Part shown: piece after piece, positions 1 through 8,675 of the stretch
Layout of the letters: every line of letters starts with the position of its first letter
How positions within the stretch are numbered: position 1 is the first letter of the stretch
Source: Bellilinea caldifistulae
Lineage (GTDB): Bacteria > Chloroflexota > Anaerolineae > Anaerolineales > Anaerolineaceae
Length of the DNA: 32,000 nucleotides
Assembly: GCF_001306055.1 (NCBI RefSeq)
Contig: NZ_LGHJ01000013.1
Location: 90,001-122,000 of the forward strand
Reading direction: 5' to 3'
Position numbers and translations under genes: made by a program
Notes under the pieces: model-generated
What the model was told of the DNA's origin: nothing
The model's input: the letters and a program-made list of their open reading frames with translations, nothing else
Databases searched by the model: none

Positions 1-635
1 ACACCCAGTCGTAAAATCACCGCTCCAATCAACCACAACGCATCTCGTTCAAGGGTGGATTCAAAGGTGTAACCCAGACCGGGTTGGCGTGCCACGATCA
101 TCACACTCAGCAAAAGCCCAACCGAGAACAGGCGAAGCGCAAAGGAAGTCAGCACCTCGCGGCGGTAACGGTAATCGCGAATGATCAGCAGCACATAGAC
201 CACTTCTACTACGTCCAGCAAAGTCCATGAGATAGCCAGCGCCAGCGGTGATCCACTGAGAATCGAAAGCAAGCCAATCGCAGTAAACGTCATCGCCGCC
301 GACCAGGAAAGCGGGTTACTATTATATTGAAAGCGCACCGGCGCGGTGAGGATGACTGCCAGCAACAAACCAACCAGACAAATCGCCAAAACCCAGGCAT
401 TGGTTTCCCAATCAAAAACAATCCGATCTGCCGTAAGCGGCTCAAACGGACGCCATGCCGGAAAAACCACTTCAGCCGGTCGGAACCAACGCAGGGCAAA
501 CACCCCCAGCCAGGCAAGGAAAAGACCGATCACCGAAATCAGCCACGCAAAGCGCTTGCCCTGTTCACTCCAGTGCAAAGCAAAGATGACTACGGCCAGG
601 AGTAAAAGGAACAGAACCGGTAAAAAGTTAAACAT
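1..635 (-). CDS. polytopic integral membrane protein, N-terminal part only (gene continues past window start)
   Basis: Absent from the ORF track because it runs off the edge. Hand translation of the minus strand from the ATG at 635-633 gives 211 codons with no stop: MFNFLPVLFLLLLAVVIFALHWSEQGKRFAWLISVIGLFLAWLGVFALRWF...LWLIGAVILRLG. It contains several helix-length hydrophobic segments. The ATG lies 2 nt after the hydantoinase stop codon (640-638), implying co-transcription. Confidence 0.6.
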   Translation of the reverse strand, partial: MFNFLPVLFLLLLAVVIFALHWSEQGKRFAWLISVIGLFLAWLGVFALRWFRPAEVVFPAWRPFEPLTADRIVFDWETNAWVLAICLVGLLLAVILTAPVRFQYNSNPLSWSAAMTFTAIGLLSILSGSPLALAISWTLLDVVEVVYVLLIIRDYRYRREVLTSFALRLFSVGLLLSVMIVARQPGLGYTFESTLERDALWLIGAVILRLG

Positions 636-637
636 CC

Positions 638-2059
638 TCAAAGAACCGGATTATGTGAACTGCGCTGCACGAAACGCCCCATTCCAGCTTTACCAAGCCA
701 TTGATCACCATCTACAATGAGATTCCCGCGCAGGAACACCTTTTCCGGAAAGCCGGTTAAAGTCCAGCCTTCGAACAAGTTATAGTCGGTGCGATGATGC
801 GATTTTGCCACACCATACTCAACAACCCGCCGGGCATCCCAAACCACAATATCTGCATCTGCTCCCGGCATCAGACTGCCCTTGCGCGGATACAGGCCGA
901 AGATTTTGGCAGGATTTGTGCTGGTCAAAGCAACAAACTGAGAAGGAGTCAGCCGACCGCTGGCAACCCCCTCGCTCCACAACACCGGAAGACGGTCGCC
1001 TATTGCCGGTAAACCATTGGGAATTTTGGTGAAATCCTTCTTGCCCAGCTCCTTGCCGGGAATAGCCACCGGTTGACCCTCGTACAGGATCGCTTTCGTC
1101 CCATCGAAGAAAAATGGACAATGATCCGTTCCAACCACCTGCAAGATTCCCTTTTCCAGACCTTGCCAGAGCCGTTCGTTATCTTCCGTGGTGCGCATGG
1201 GAGGCGAACAGACCCATTTAGCCCCATCCGGCCGGCGCAGATGATCAATGGTAAAAAACAGATACTGTGGACAGGTTTCTCCCATCACCGGCAGACCGCG
1301 ATCGCGGGCATAAGCCAGTTGATCAACCTCACCGGCTGCATTCATGTGGACGATATAGAGGGGCGCCTCCGCCATGGCCGCCAGAGCCGCACCGCGCAAA
1401 ACCGCCTCAACCGCCGTCCATGCCGGCCGGGTCAAAGCATGCCATTCGGGTGTGGTATGGCCGGCAGCCAATGCCTCGGCAATCAGCAATTCAATCACAT
1501 CGCCATTTTCAGCGTGAAGCATGGTCAGAAAGCCCAGATCTCTGGCAATCCGCATCACCCGAAAGATGTTCTCATCCGAAAGGCGCAGGCGGTTGTTGTA
1601 AGCACTGAAAACTTTCAGGGAAGTAATCCCCATCCCCGCCAGATAAGGAATTTCGGCTTGTATCTGAGCATCCAGGCGGCTGATATTCATGTGAAAACTG
1701 AAATCAATCGCCGCTTTGGGATCGGCTTTTTCCCGCCAGAGCGCAACACTTTTTTCAATTCCCTCGTCTTCCAGTGGGACAAAATCAATCACGGTGGTGG
1801 TACCCCCAAATGCTGCCGCCTTATGACCCGTATAATGGTCATCCGATGAAACCGTTCCAAACATGGGTAAATCAAAATGGGTGTGCGGATCAACCCCGCC
1901 CGGTAAAATCAAGCGATTGCTAACATCCACAACCTGCGTATCTTCGCTGATCGGTAGATCGGTTCCAATCATGGCAATTTTTTCGCCTTCAATCAAAATA
2001 TCTGCCCGGAACATCTCCGCAGCCGTAACCAGCGTGCCGCCTTTGAGAATCATCTTCAT
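638..2059 (-). CDS. dihydropyrimidinase / D-hydantoinase family cyclic amidohydrolase
   Basis: Motifs GGVDPHTHFDLPMFG (HxH metal site), SLKVF (carbamylated-Lys context), MLHAENGD and VVGTDHCPF are typical of hydantoinase/dihydropyrimidinase. AAGGAGG lies inside the first ORF-track codons, 5 nt before the second ATG, so the start is moved from 2074 to 2059. Confidence 0.9.
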   Translation of the reverse strand: MKMILKGGTLVTAAEMFRADILIEGEKIAMIGTDLPISEDTQVVDVSNRLILPGGVDPHTHFDLPMFGTVSSDDHYTGHKAAAFGGTTTVIDFVPLEDEGIEKSVALWREKADPKAAIDFSFHMNISRLDAQIQAEIPYLAGMGITSLKVFSAYNNRLRLSDENIFRVMRIARDLGFLTMLHAENGDVIELLIAEALAAGHTTPEWHALTRPAWTAVEAVLRGAALAAMAEAPLYIVHMNAAGEVDQLAYARDRGLPVMGETCPQYLFFTIDHLRRPDGAKWVCSPPMRTTEDNERLWQGLEKGILQVVGTDHCPFFFDGTKAILYEGQPVAIPGKELGKKDFTKIPNGLPAIGDRLPVLWSEGVASGRLTPSQFVALTSTNPAKIFGLYPRKGSLMPGADADIVVWDARRVVEYGVAKSHHRTDYNLFEGWTLTGFPEKVFLRGNLIVDGDQWLGKAGMGRFVQRSSHNPVL

Positions 2060-2086
2060 GGTTTCCTCCTTCATGCGGTTTACTAC

Positions 2087-2704
2087 TCAGCTTTGACCGA
2101 TCTGATCAATCTTCTTCAGTTCCTGAATGGTCTTTTGATCACCCAACATGGCCAGAAGCAGGGCATCTAAACCTTCCAACTGATCTGGCAATTCCTGAGC
2201 GGTATAGGTCTGTTGATGCAAAGCGCGTTCCCGCAAGCCGCGCCACAAAATCAGCCTTTCCTCATCATGCACCACCAGATCCTGAAGGGTTGTCGCCCGG
2301 TTCAGCCGCTCACCGGTAGTGTACAGGAAAGTTAACCTCCGCCAGCGGTGAGCATGAATGGGCGGTGTCAGTCTTTGCAATTCGCCCAGTTGAACTTTGT
2401 AATACTCTTCATGAGCGCGGGGATGGTCAGCCTCATGACGGAGCAATTCAGCCCGCGTGGTCAGTTCATGTCCGCGCACGGCTGCAAGGTAATGAATTCC
2501 CCAACGCCCGTTTTCTCCAAAGGCTGCCGTCTGATAGAACGCCAGGAAATCCACACTCAATACTTTTGGCGCCGAACGCAGAGGAATTCGATACCATCCC
2601 AAAACCCGGGCAATTTCCAGGTCGCGGGGGTGGGGAAGAACGGCTACCAGAATAATGGCATCTTCCGAGACAATTGAACGCAACGGAGAATACGTACTGG
2701 TCAT
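2087..2704 (-). CDS. hypothetical protein, 205 aa, no family recognised
   Basis: Clean ORF, 12-27 nt upstream of the hydantoinase start on the same strand. It is His/Arg/Glu-rich (HEADHPRAHEEYYK, HAHRWRR) with an N-terminal GWYRIPL segment. It has no TM helix, no signal peptide and no obvious SD. Confidence 0.6.
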   Translation of the reverse strand: MTSTYSPLRSIVSEDAIILVAVLPHPRDLEIARVLGWYRIPLRSAPKVLSVDFLAFYQTAAFGENGRWGIHYLAAVRGHELTTRAELLRHEADHPRAHEEYYKVQLGELQRLTPPIHAHRWRRLTFLYTTGERLNRATTLQDLVVHDEERLILWRGLRERALHQQTYTAQELPDQLEGLDALLLAMLGDQKTIQELKKIDQIGQS

Positions 2705-2744
2705 CGGCTATTCGTATTATAGCCGAAAGTCAAAACCGGCAAGG
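2705..2744 (-). promoter_or_regulatory. candidate promoter with a palindrome over the -10 and start site, for the 205-aa ORF / hydantoinase unit
   Basis: Minus strand reads TTGCCG (2742-2737), a 15-nt spacer, then TATAAT (2721-2716). The ATG at 2704 is only 11 nt past the -10, which gives a near-leaderless mRNA. The inverted repeat CGGCTAT-N7-ATAGCCG (2705-2725) overlaps the -10 and the predicted start site. The short spacer lowers confidence. Confidence 0.35.
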
Positions 2745-2776
2745 AGATTTGCCGTAGAGCGGATGATCCTCCAGCC

Positions 2777-2817
2777 ACAAAAAGAGGATGGGGAGGGTAA
2801 AAGAATTTACCCTCCCC
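2777..2817 (-). terminator. rho-independent terminator after the large PLP enzyme gene
   Basis: Perfect 12-bp stem GGGGAGGGTAAA (2790-2801) / TTTACCCTCCCC (2806-2817) with a 4-nt loop. On the minus-strand RNA it is followed by AUCCUCUUUUUGU. It starts 27 nt after the stop codon at 2844. Confidence 0.65.
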
Positions 2818-2843
2818 GCTGGCACCAACGGCATAGTTTTTGC

Positions 2844-4310
2844 TTAAAGCAGCCCGGCTCGCTGGTTGAATTCGGTAATTAAGGCATCAATTTCCGGCAC
2901 CTGTTTCTGAATGTTCGTCCAGTAGTCCGGATCGTACCACTGCGCCACAATCTCTTCATAGGTCTTGCCCTGCTGCTCAACCCAGGTGTAGTACTTGAGA
3001 TTGTGGATCCGGCGGCGGTCTGCGTAGGTCAACTCAATCAAGTGATCGGTGGTTTCGCCGTGTAAATCACGGGCAAAAGTCTCGGCGGCATCGTAAGTTG
3101 TAAATTCACCAAACTGTTCGCGGTATTCCTGAATCCGGCTGGAATACAACTCCATCGAGTCGGTCATCACGAACAACATGATGTCGTTTTCGCCCATTTC
3201 GTAGTATTTGGCGGCTTTGATGGCTGAAAGCATGTTGGCAATCCCGGAAAAGCCGAACAGATCTAATTGCTGCACCAGTTCTGCCGGAACGCCCTTCTTG
3301 ACCAGATACTCACGGCCAGTTGGTTCATTGAAGAGACGCAACAAATTGACTACCGAATTATCATCAATTGCAACCACCATATCGGTGTTCTTCACATTGT
3401 GAATCCATGGCACATGCTTATCGCCGATACCTTCGATGCGGTGTGAACCAAAACCATTTTCCAACAAAGTCGGGCATTGAAGCGCCTCACTGGCGACAAT
3501 GATGCTGCGCGGGAAAATCTGCTTCATATAATCACCGCAGGCAATCGTACCGGCTGAACCGGTTGTCAATGCCACACCCCGGTAATTGTCCTTCGGCCCC
3601 ATCACCTGTTGCAAAACTTCTTCCATTGCGTGTCCGGTCACATCGTAATGCCACAGGTAATTGCCAAACTCTTCAAATTGATTGAAGATCATCAAATCTT
3701 CACCGGAGCGGCGCAGTTCCCAGCACTTATCGAAAATTTCTTTGACATTTGATTCAGAGCCGGGCGTGGCAATCACTTCTCCAGCAATCCGGGAAAGCCA
3801 CTCGAAACGTTCCTTACTCATACCCTCCGGCAGGATGGCAATAGACTGACAACCCAACAAGGCCGAGTCGTACGCCCCGCCGCGGCAGTAGTTACCGGTA
3901 GAAGGCCAGACCGCTTTTTGAGTGGTGGGGTCGAACTGACCGGTCACCAGCCGCGGCACCAGGCAGCCAAAAGCCGCGCCGACTTTATGCGCCCCGGTCG
4001 GGAACCATTTGCCCACCAGACCGATCAAGCGGGCTGGCACACCGGTCAGGCTGGAGGGTAATTCGATGAAATTGACGCCGCCGAACAAACCGCCAAAGGG
4101 TTTCGGCTCGTTTTTCCAGGTGATTCGGAAAAGGTTGCGGGGGTGTACATCCCATAAGCCAATGTTTCGCAATTCTTCCTTGATGTGGTCGGGTATTAAG
4201 TTCGGATTTTTCATTTGGGCAAAAGTCGGAATGATAATATTGCGTTCCTTTACCCGTTTTAATGCCCGCTCTCTGCGTTCTGGAATTACGGTTAAATCAA
4301 TGGTTGCCAT
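2844..4310 (-). CDS. large (about 488 aa) fold-type-II PLP-dependent enzyme (Trp-synthase-beta / cysteine-synthase superfamily), specificity unknown
   Basis: GKWFPTGAHKVGAAFG is the putative PLP lysine context. PSTGNYCRGGAYDSALLG and TTGSAGT resemble the Gly-rich phosphate loop. GAGGAG lies 7 nt before the sixth codon (ATG at 4310), so the start is trimmed from 4325. The first ORF-track ATG overlaps the GT2 stop (TAATG). Confidence 0.7.
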   Translation of the reverse strand: MATIDLTVIPERRERALKRVKERNIIIPTFAQMKNPNLIPDHIKEELRNIGLWDVHPRNLFRITWKNEPKPFGGLFGGVNFIELPSSLTGVPARLIGLVGKWFPTGAHKVGAAFGCLVPRLVTGQFDPTTQKAVWPSTGNYCRGGAYDSALLGCQSIAILPEGMSKERFEWLSRIAGEVIATPGSESNVKEIFDKCWELRRSGEDLMIFNQFEEFGNYLWHYDVTGHAMEEVLQQVMGPKDNYRGVALTTGSAGTIACGDYMKQIFPRSIIVASEALQCPTLLENGFGSHRIEGIGDKHVPWIHNVKNTDMVVAIDDNSVVNLLRLFNEPTGREYLVKKGVPAELVQQLDLFGFSGIANMLSAIKAAKYYEMGENDIMLFVMTDSMELYSSRIQEYREQFGEFTTYDAAETFARDLHGETTDHLIELTYADRRRIHNLKYYTWVEQQGKTYEEIVAQWYDPDYWTNIQKQVPEIDALITEFNQRAGLL

Positions 4311-4324
4311 CTGTTTTCTCCTCA

Positions 4325-5281
4325 TTAAGATTTGGTATTTTTTTCAAAATCTTCTGGGCTTTCGCTGACGATATACAGCGGCCGGCCCTTGGCTTCATCG
4401 TAAATTCGCCCGATATATTCGCCCAAAATTCCCAGGCAAATCAGCTGGACACCCCCCAGAAACAACACAGCGATGAGGGTGGTTGCCTGACCAAAAAACG
4501 CTTGCGCCTGAATGGCTCGCAAGATAATCACCACCGGAATGGCTAAAATAGCCAACCCCGCCGCAAAGAAGCCCAGATAAGTCGCCAGTTGGAGCGGAAA
4601 ATAGGAAAAACCGGTGATCGCGGTCAACGCAAGCCGCAGCATTTTACGCAGCGGGTATTTGGTTTCACCGGCAAAGCGGGGTGCCCGCCGGTAAAGCACG
4701 CCGGTTTGACGAAAACCCACCCATGCCGACATGCCGCGCAAAAAGCGATGATGTTCGCGCATGGTGTTCAATACATTGACCACCTTTCGATCCATCAATC
4801 GAAAGTCGCCGGCATCCATTGGAATATCCACATCTGTAATTCGGGCAATCAGACGATAGAAAAGGGAAGCCGTAAACTTTTTGAAGAAGGATTCCCCCTC
4901 CCTTTCGGCGCGCACCGCATAAACCACCTCATAACCTTCTTTCCACTTCTCAATCAAGTCCAAAATGACTTCCGGGGGGTCTTGCAAGTCAGCATCAATG
5001 ATCACAACAGCATCACCGCGGGAATAATCCAATCCGGCTGTCACCGCAATTTGATGACCGAAGTTTCTCGCAAACATGACCGGCCGTACACGTGGGTCTT
5101 GATTAGCCAACTCACGGATGATGTTAGGAGATTCATCCACCGATCCGTCATTGACCAGCACCAACTCCCATGGTTCAGCCGTGCGCTCCATAACTTCGAC
5201 CATGCGGCGGTAAAGCTCATGCAGACATGAGGCTTCGTTGTAGACCGGCACGACGATGGAATAAACTGGTTTTTCGGTCAT
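4325..5281 (-). CDS. family 2 glycosyltransferase, polyprenyl-phosphate sugar transferase type (GtrB/ArnC/DPM1-like)
   Basis: Motifs [20 protein letters not shown] and [11 protein letters not shown] (DxD), plus two C-terminal TM helices ([26 protein letters not shown] and [23 protein letters not shown]). Confidence 0.8.
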   Translation of the reverse strand: MTEKPVYSIVVPVYNEASCLHELYRRMVEVMERTAEPWELVLVNDGSVDESPNIIRELANQDPRVRPVMFARNFGHQIAVTAGLDYSRGDAVVIIDADLQDPPEVILDLIEKWKEGYEVVYAVRAEREGESFFKKFTASLFYRLIARITDVDIPMDAGDFRLMDRKVVNVLNTMREHHRFLRGMSAWVGFRQTGVLYRRAPRFAGETKYPLRKMLRLALTAITGFSYFPLQLATYLGFFAAGLAILAIPVVIILRAIQAQAFFGQATTLIAVLFLGGVQLICLGILGEYIGRIYDEAKGRPLYIVSESPEDFEKNTKS

Positions 5282-5318
5282 ATGTAAAATCTTTTCTCAC
5301 CTCACAAGGTATCGGTTT

Positions 5319-6566
5319 TCAAATTCCCAGATGTTTTTTTAAGGCACTCATGGTAGGCTCGATCACCGGCGCAGCCGGCACTGCTTGCATGGCAGCCCGG
5401 ATGTCCTTCAACCCGCTGCCGGTGTTAATGACCAGTACCGGATCCTCGGGCGTAATCTTACCCAAGGCAATGGCTTTCTTCAACCCAACATACGCTGTTG
5501 ATCCGGCCGGTTCGGCAAAGATACCAACCGGTCCAAGTTCTCCAATCCCGGCAATGATTTCTTCGTCCGAAACGGTGATGTACTCACCCCCCGTCTGACG
5601 GGCTGCCCGCACAGCCCGAACCCCATCTCGCGGCAAATCCACCGAAATGCTGTCGGCAATCGTGGTCGCCTGCACGGGTTCGATTTCTTCGGTGCCCTTA
5701 AAGAAGGCGTTGGCAACCGCTGCCGACTTTTCAGACTGGATGCCAAAAATGCGCGGCATTTTTTGCAGCCAGCCGAGCGCCTGCAAATCTTTGAAGCCTT
5801 TGTGCAGGCCTGAAATGATGTTGCCATCCCCCACTGAGACAAATACAGCCAGCGGTGGCAAATCCCGTTTCAGGTTCAAAATAACGTGTTCCCAAATCTC
5901 AAATGCAGCCGTTTTCTTACCTTCTGCCGTGAAGGGATTGTACCCCGTGTTGCGGCAGTACCAGCCGAACTCTTCAGCAGCCTGAATGGTCAGGTCAAAA
6001 GCCGAGTCGTAATTTCCATCCACCAGAATGACCTGTGCCCCGTACACCAGCAATTGGGCCACCTTAGCCGGGGGAGCCGTCTTAGGTGCAAAAATGACCG
6101 CTTTATGACCAACGGCGGCTGCCATTCCCGCCAGAGCCGCACCGGCATTCCCGGTTGAAGCGGTCACCACCACTTCGGCTCCAATTTGCCGGGCACGCGC
6201 CACCACCACCGAAGAAGCCCGGTCTTTAAACGAAGCGGTTGGATTACGCCCTTCGTCTTTGATCCACAAATGTCGCAGCCCCAACTTCTCAGCCAGGCGG
6301 GTCGGGTAATAGGTCGGCGTCCAGCCAGCCATGCGCAGCGGTGTACCTTCTCCCCCCGGGTCTTTGACGGGTAATAACGGCAAATAGCGCCACAGCGAAT
6401 AATCCGAGCGAGAAATGATGTCATTAATTTCGTATTTCTGCCGGATAGCAGCATAATCCAGCACAACATCCAGATTTCCGCCATCTTTCGGACAGGTATA
6501 GGTTACCTGTCCCGGCGCATACTCGGTGTTGCATAACGAACAGCGATAGCCAATAAATTCACTCAT
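5319..6566 (-). CDS. thrC: threonine synthase family PLP enzyme
   Basis: Motifs NPTASFKDRASS (PLP Lys), TASTGNAGAALAG and NTGSGLKD, with an N-terminal CSLC...TCP zinc-ribbon-like segment as in archaeal-type ThrC. It lies 28 nt downstream of the ABC permease gene, so its role in this context (housekeeping or catabolic paralog) is open. Confidence 0.65.
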   Translation of the reverse strand: MSEFIGYRCSLCNTEYAPGQVTYTCPKDGGNLDVVLDYAAIRQKYEINDIISRSDYSLWRYLPLLPVKDPGGEGTPLRMAGWTPTYYPTRLAEKLGLRHLWIKDEGRNPTASFKDRASSVVVARARQIGAEVVVTASTGNAGAALAGMAAAVGHKAVIFAPKTAPPAKVAQLLVYGAQVILVDGNYDSAFDLTIQAAEEFGWYCRNTGYNPFTAEGKKTAAFEIWEHVILNLKRDLPPLAVFVSVGDGNIISGLHKGFKDLQALGWLQKMPRIFGIQSEKSAAVANAFFKGTEEIEPVQATTIADSISVDLPRDGVRAVRAARQTGGEYITVSDEEIIAGIGELGPVGIFAEPAGSTAYVGLKKAIALGKITPEDPVLVINTGSGLKDIRAAMQAVPAAPVIEPTMSALKKHLGI

Positions 6567-6594
6567 AGATATTCATCCTTAGGTAGAAGATTGA

Positions 6595-7599
6595 TTATTC
6601 ATTCTCAAACGGTACGCCCAGTGAAGCCGGCGGCGAAGTACGCAATGCCCGTAGAACATTGGCAAGTCCCTTGCGGGTTTTCTCCGGTAAGGCTGCCAGC
6701 GTACGATCCACCCACTCAGCATTACCGATGTTGACCAGAAGGAGAGTTAAGATCATCAACGGGAAAGGCGCAACCTGTAAAACCTGGGAAGGGATGTTTG
6801 GCAAACTGGGTTGAAGCACCAAACCCAGCCACTGCAACAAACCAAACAGGTAAGCCCCAAATGCTGCCCGAAGCGGATTCCAGCCGCCAAAAATCGTCAG
6901 TGCAAGAGCAATCCACCCGAATCCATCCAGCCCGGAGATGGTACCCTTCCAGCCGGCTTTGACGCTCAAGGAAAACATCGGTCCCGCCAGACCTGCCAGC
7001 ATACCGCCCAATACGGTGTAAAAATACCGCATTCGATTGACATTTGCCCCGCGCACAAAAGCCGTTGCCGGTTTTTCCCCAATCCCCTGCAACATCAGAC
7101 CCGGACGGGTTTTGAAAATAAACACATACGAAACAATGATCAAAAGGAAACTGGCATAGACCAGTACATCCTGTTGAAAGAAGATGACCCCGATAATCGG
7201 AATATCCGCCAGCCCAGGAATGGGCAGGGAAGGCACCCGCGGCCCCTGCAAGCCCATGAATGGATTTCCAAGATAATAAGCCAGATCCCGGCAGGTAAGC
7301 GCCAGAATGAAACCAACCGCAACCTGAGACTGCTTGAGGGTGATGCTGCTAAACGCCACAATCAATGCCACCAGACCGCCGATGAATGCCCCCGCCAGAA
7401 AGCCCAAAAACAGACTGTTGGTGGTAACGGCAACCGCAAAACCTGCCATGGCGGTCAATAAGATTGTGCCGTTCAGGGAAAGGTTGATCACTCCGCTGCG
7501 TTCCGCAAAAGTTTCACCGATGGTTGCAAAGACAATCGGCGCCGATGAGGCTAAAACACCAGCCAGACCAATCAGGATGATTTGAGTATCCATTTCCAT
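6595..7599 (-). CDS. ABC transporter permease (BMP/nucleoside-type, NupQ/YufQ-like)
   Basis: 334 aa, about 8-10 TM helices, same operon as the BMP-family binding protein. The real start could be the second ATG at 7593. Confidence 0.8.
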   Translation of the reverse strand: MEMDTQIILIGLAGVLASSAPIVFATIGETFAERSGVINLSLNGTILLTAMAGFAVAVTTNSLFLGFLAGAFIGGLVALIVAFSSITLKQSQVAVGFILALTCRDLAYYLGNPFMGLQGPRVPSLPIPGLADIPIIGVIFFQQDVLVYASFLLIIVSYVFIFKTRPGLMLQGIGEKPATAFVRGANVNRMRYFYTVLGGMLAGLAGPMFSLSVKAGWKGTISGLDGFGWIALALTIFGGWNPLRAAFGAYLFGLLQWLGLVLQPSLPNIPSQVLQVAPFPLMILTLLLVNIGNAEWVDRTLAALPEKTRKGLANVLRALRTSPPASLGVPFENE

Positions 7600-7606
7600 A
7601 ACCTCA

Positions 7607-8653
7607 TCAAGAGCGTGTCAGACGGCGGCGGACGCCGTCCATCAACAACACGAACAGCACCAGCGAACCTTGCAACACCCCGGAAAGGGATGAATCCAGT
7701 TTCAAGACAATCGGCAACTGGATACTGCCGATATTCAAGGCGGCAAAGAACAAGGCAACCGGAGCTGCCCAAAGGGCTTGATAATTGACCAGCATGGCAA
7801 CCATCATGCCGAGAAATCCATAGCCGGACGAGATCGAAGGGATCAATCGGTGATAGACAGCTAAAACCTGAGTAGCGCCCGCCAGTCCAGCCATCAAACC
7901 GCACAACAAAAATGCCATCAACATGTAGCGGGTCGTAGGAATGCCCATCAAAAAGGCCGCCCTGCCGTTCCGCCCAACCGCTTTCAATCGCAGCCCAAAA
8001 TAAGTCCCGCGCAACAAAATATACACAATTGCAATTGCGATAATTCCCATTGCCAGTGCCAGAGGGCTGAGGCGAAAACCGGGCAGGGTAGGCAGCCATA
8101 ATTCCAGCGGGAATGGCTCGGTACCGCTCATCGAGCCAACCCCCGGACGTTTCCAGGGGCCGAAGATGAGCCAGATGGTCAATGCAGTCGCCACAAAGTT
8201 CAAACCAAGGCCGCCAAAAATTTCGTTAACGTTCCCAAAAATCTTCAGCAGGCCCACCAATCCTGCCCAGAACATACCTCCTAACGCCCCTGCCAGAAAT
8301 CCAACCGCCACAATTAACGTGGGTGGCAGGTCAGTCGGCTGTAATACTCGCAGCGCCCAGGTAGTGAAAATTGCCCCCAGCGTAATCTGACCTTCAATAC
8401 CGATGTTCCACAAACCCGCTGTAAAGGTCAGCAGCAATCCAGCCGTTGCTAATAGAAGGGGGGTCCAGGCTACCAGAATATCGTCAACTTTTGTCGGCGA
8501 GCCCAGGGCACCGGTAATGATGTTTTGATAAACCTGAAGAGGATCAGCCCCAGAAATCAACATGACAACCGTTGTAAAAGCCAACGCCAACAAAACGGCC
8601 AACGCTTGAAATCCAATGCCGCTCCAGCGTGAGGATGTCTTCATCATCGTCAT
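7607..8653 (-). CDS. ABC transporter permease (BMP/nucleoside-type, NupP/YufP-like)
   Basis: 348 aa polytopic protein. AAGGTG lies 5 nt before the ATG, and a 7-nt gap separates it from the next permease gene. Confidence 0.8.
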   Translation of the reverse strand: MTMMKTSSRWSGIGFQALAVLLALAFTTVVMLISGADPLQVYQNIITGALGSPTKVDDILVAWTPLLLATAGLLLTFTAGLWNIGIEGQITLGAIFTTWALRVLQPTDLPPTLIVAVGFLAGALGGMFWAGLVGLLKIFGNVNEIFGGLGLNFVATALTIWLIFGPWKRPGVGSMSGTEPFPLELWLPTLPGFRLSPLALAMGIIAIAIVYILLRGTYFGLRLKAVGRNGRAAFLMGIPTTRYMLMAFLLCGLMAGLAGATQVLAVYHRLIPSISSGYGFLGMMVAMLVNYQALWAAPVALFFAALNIGSIQLPIVLKLDSSLSGVLQGSLVLFVLLMDGVRRRLTRS

Positions 8654-8675
8654 ACCGTCACCTTGTGCCAGGGGA

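Noticed and set aside
1073-1849. 258-aa plus-strand ORF antisense to the hydantoinase gene. Similar cases are 4589-5230, 6811-7461, 19143-19793 and 31387-31980.
   Set aside because: All are in the codon-aligned antisense frame of a well-supported minus-strand gene (the offsets 435, 264, 216, 39 and 948 are all multiples of 3). They are shadow ORFs produced by codon bias.
7572-8099. 175-aa minus-strand ORF overlapping the permease gene in another frame
   Set aside because: It lies entirely inside or overlapping the two ABC permease genes, has no SD, and its composition (Gly/Arg/Ser-rich) is typical of an off-frame reading of a hydrophobic gene.
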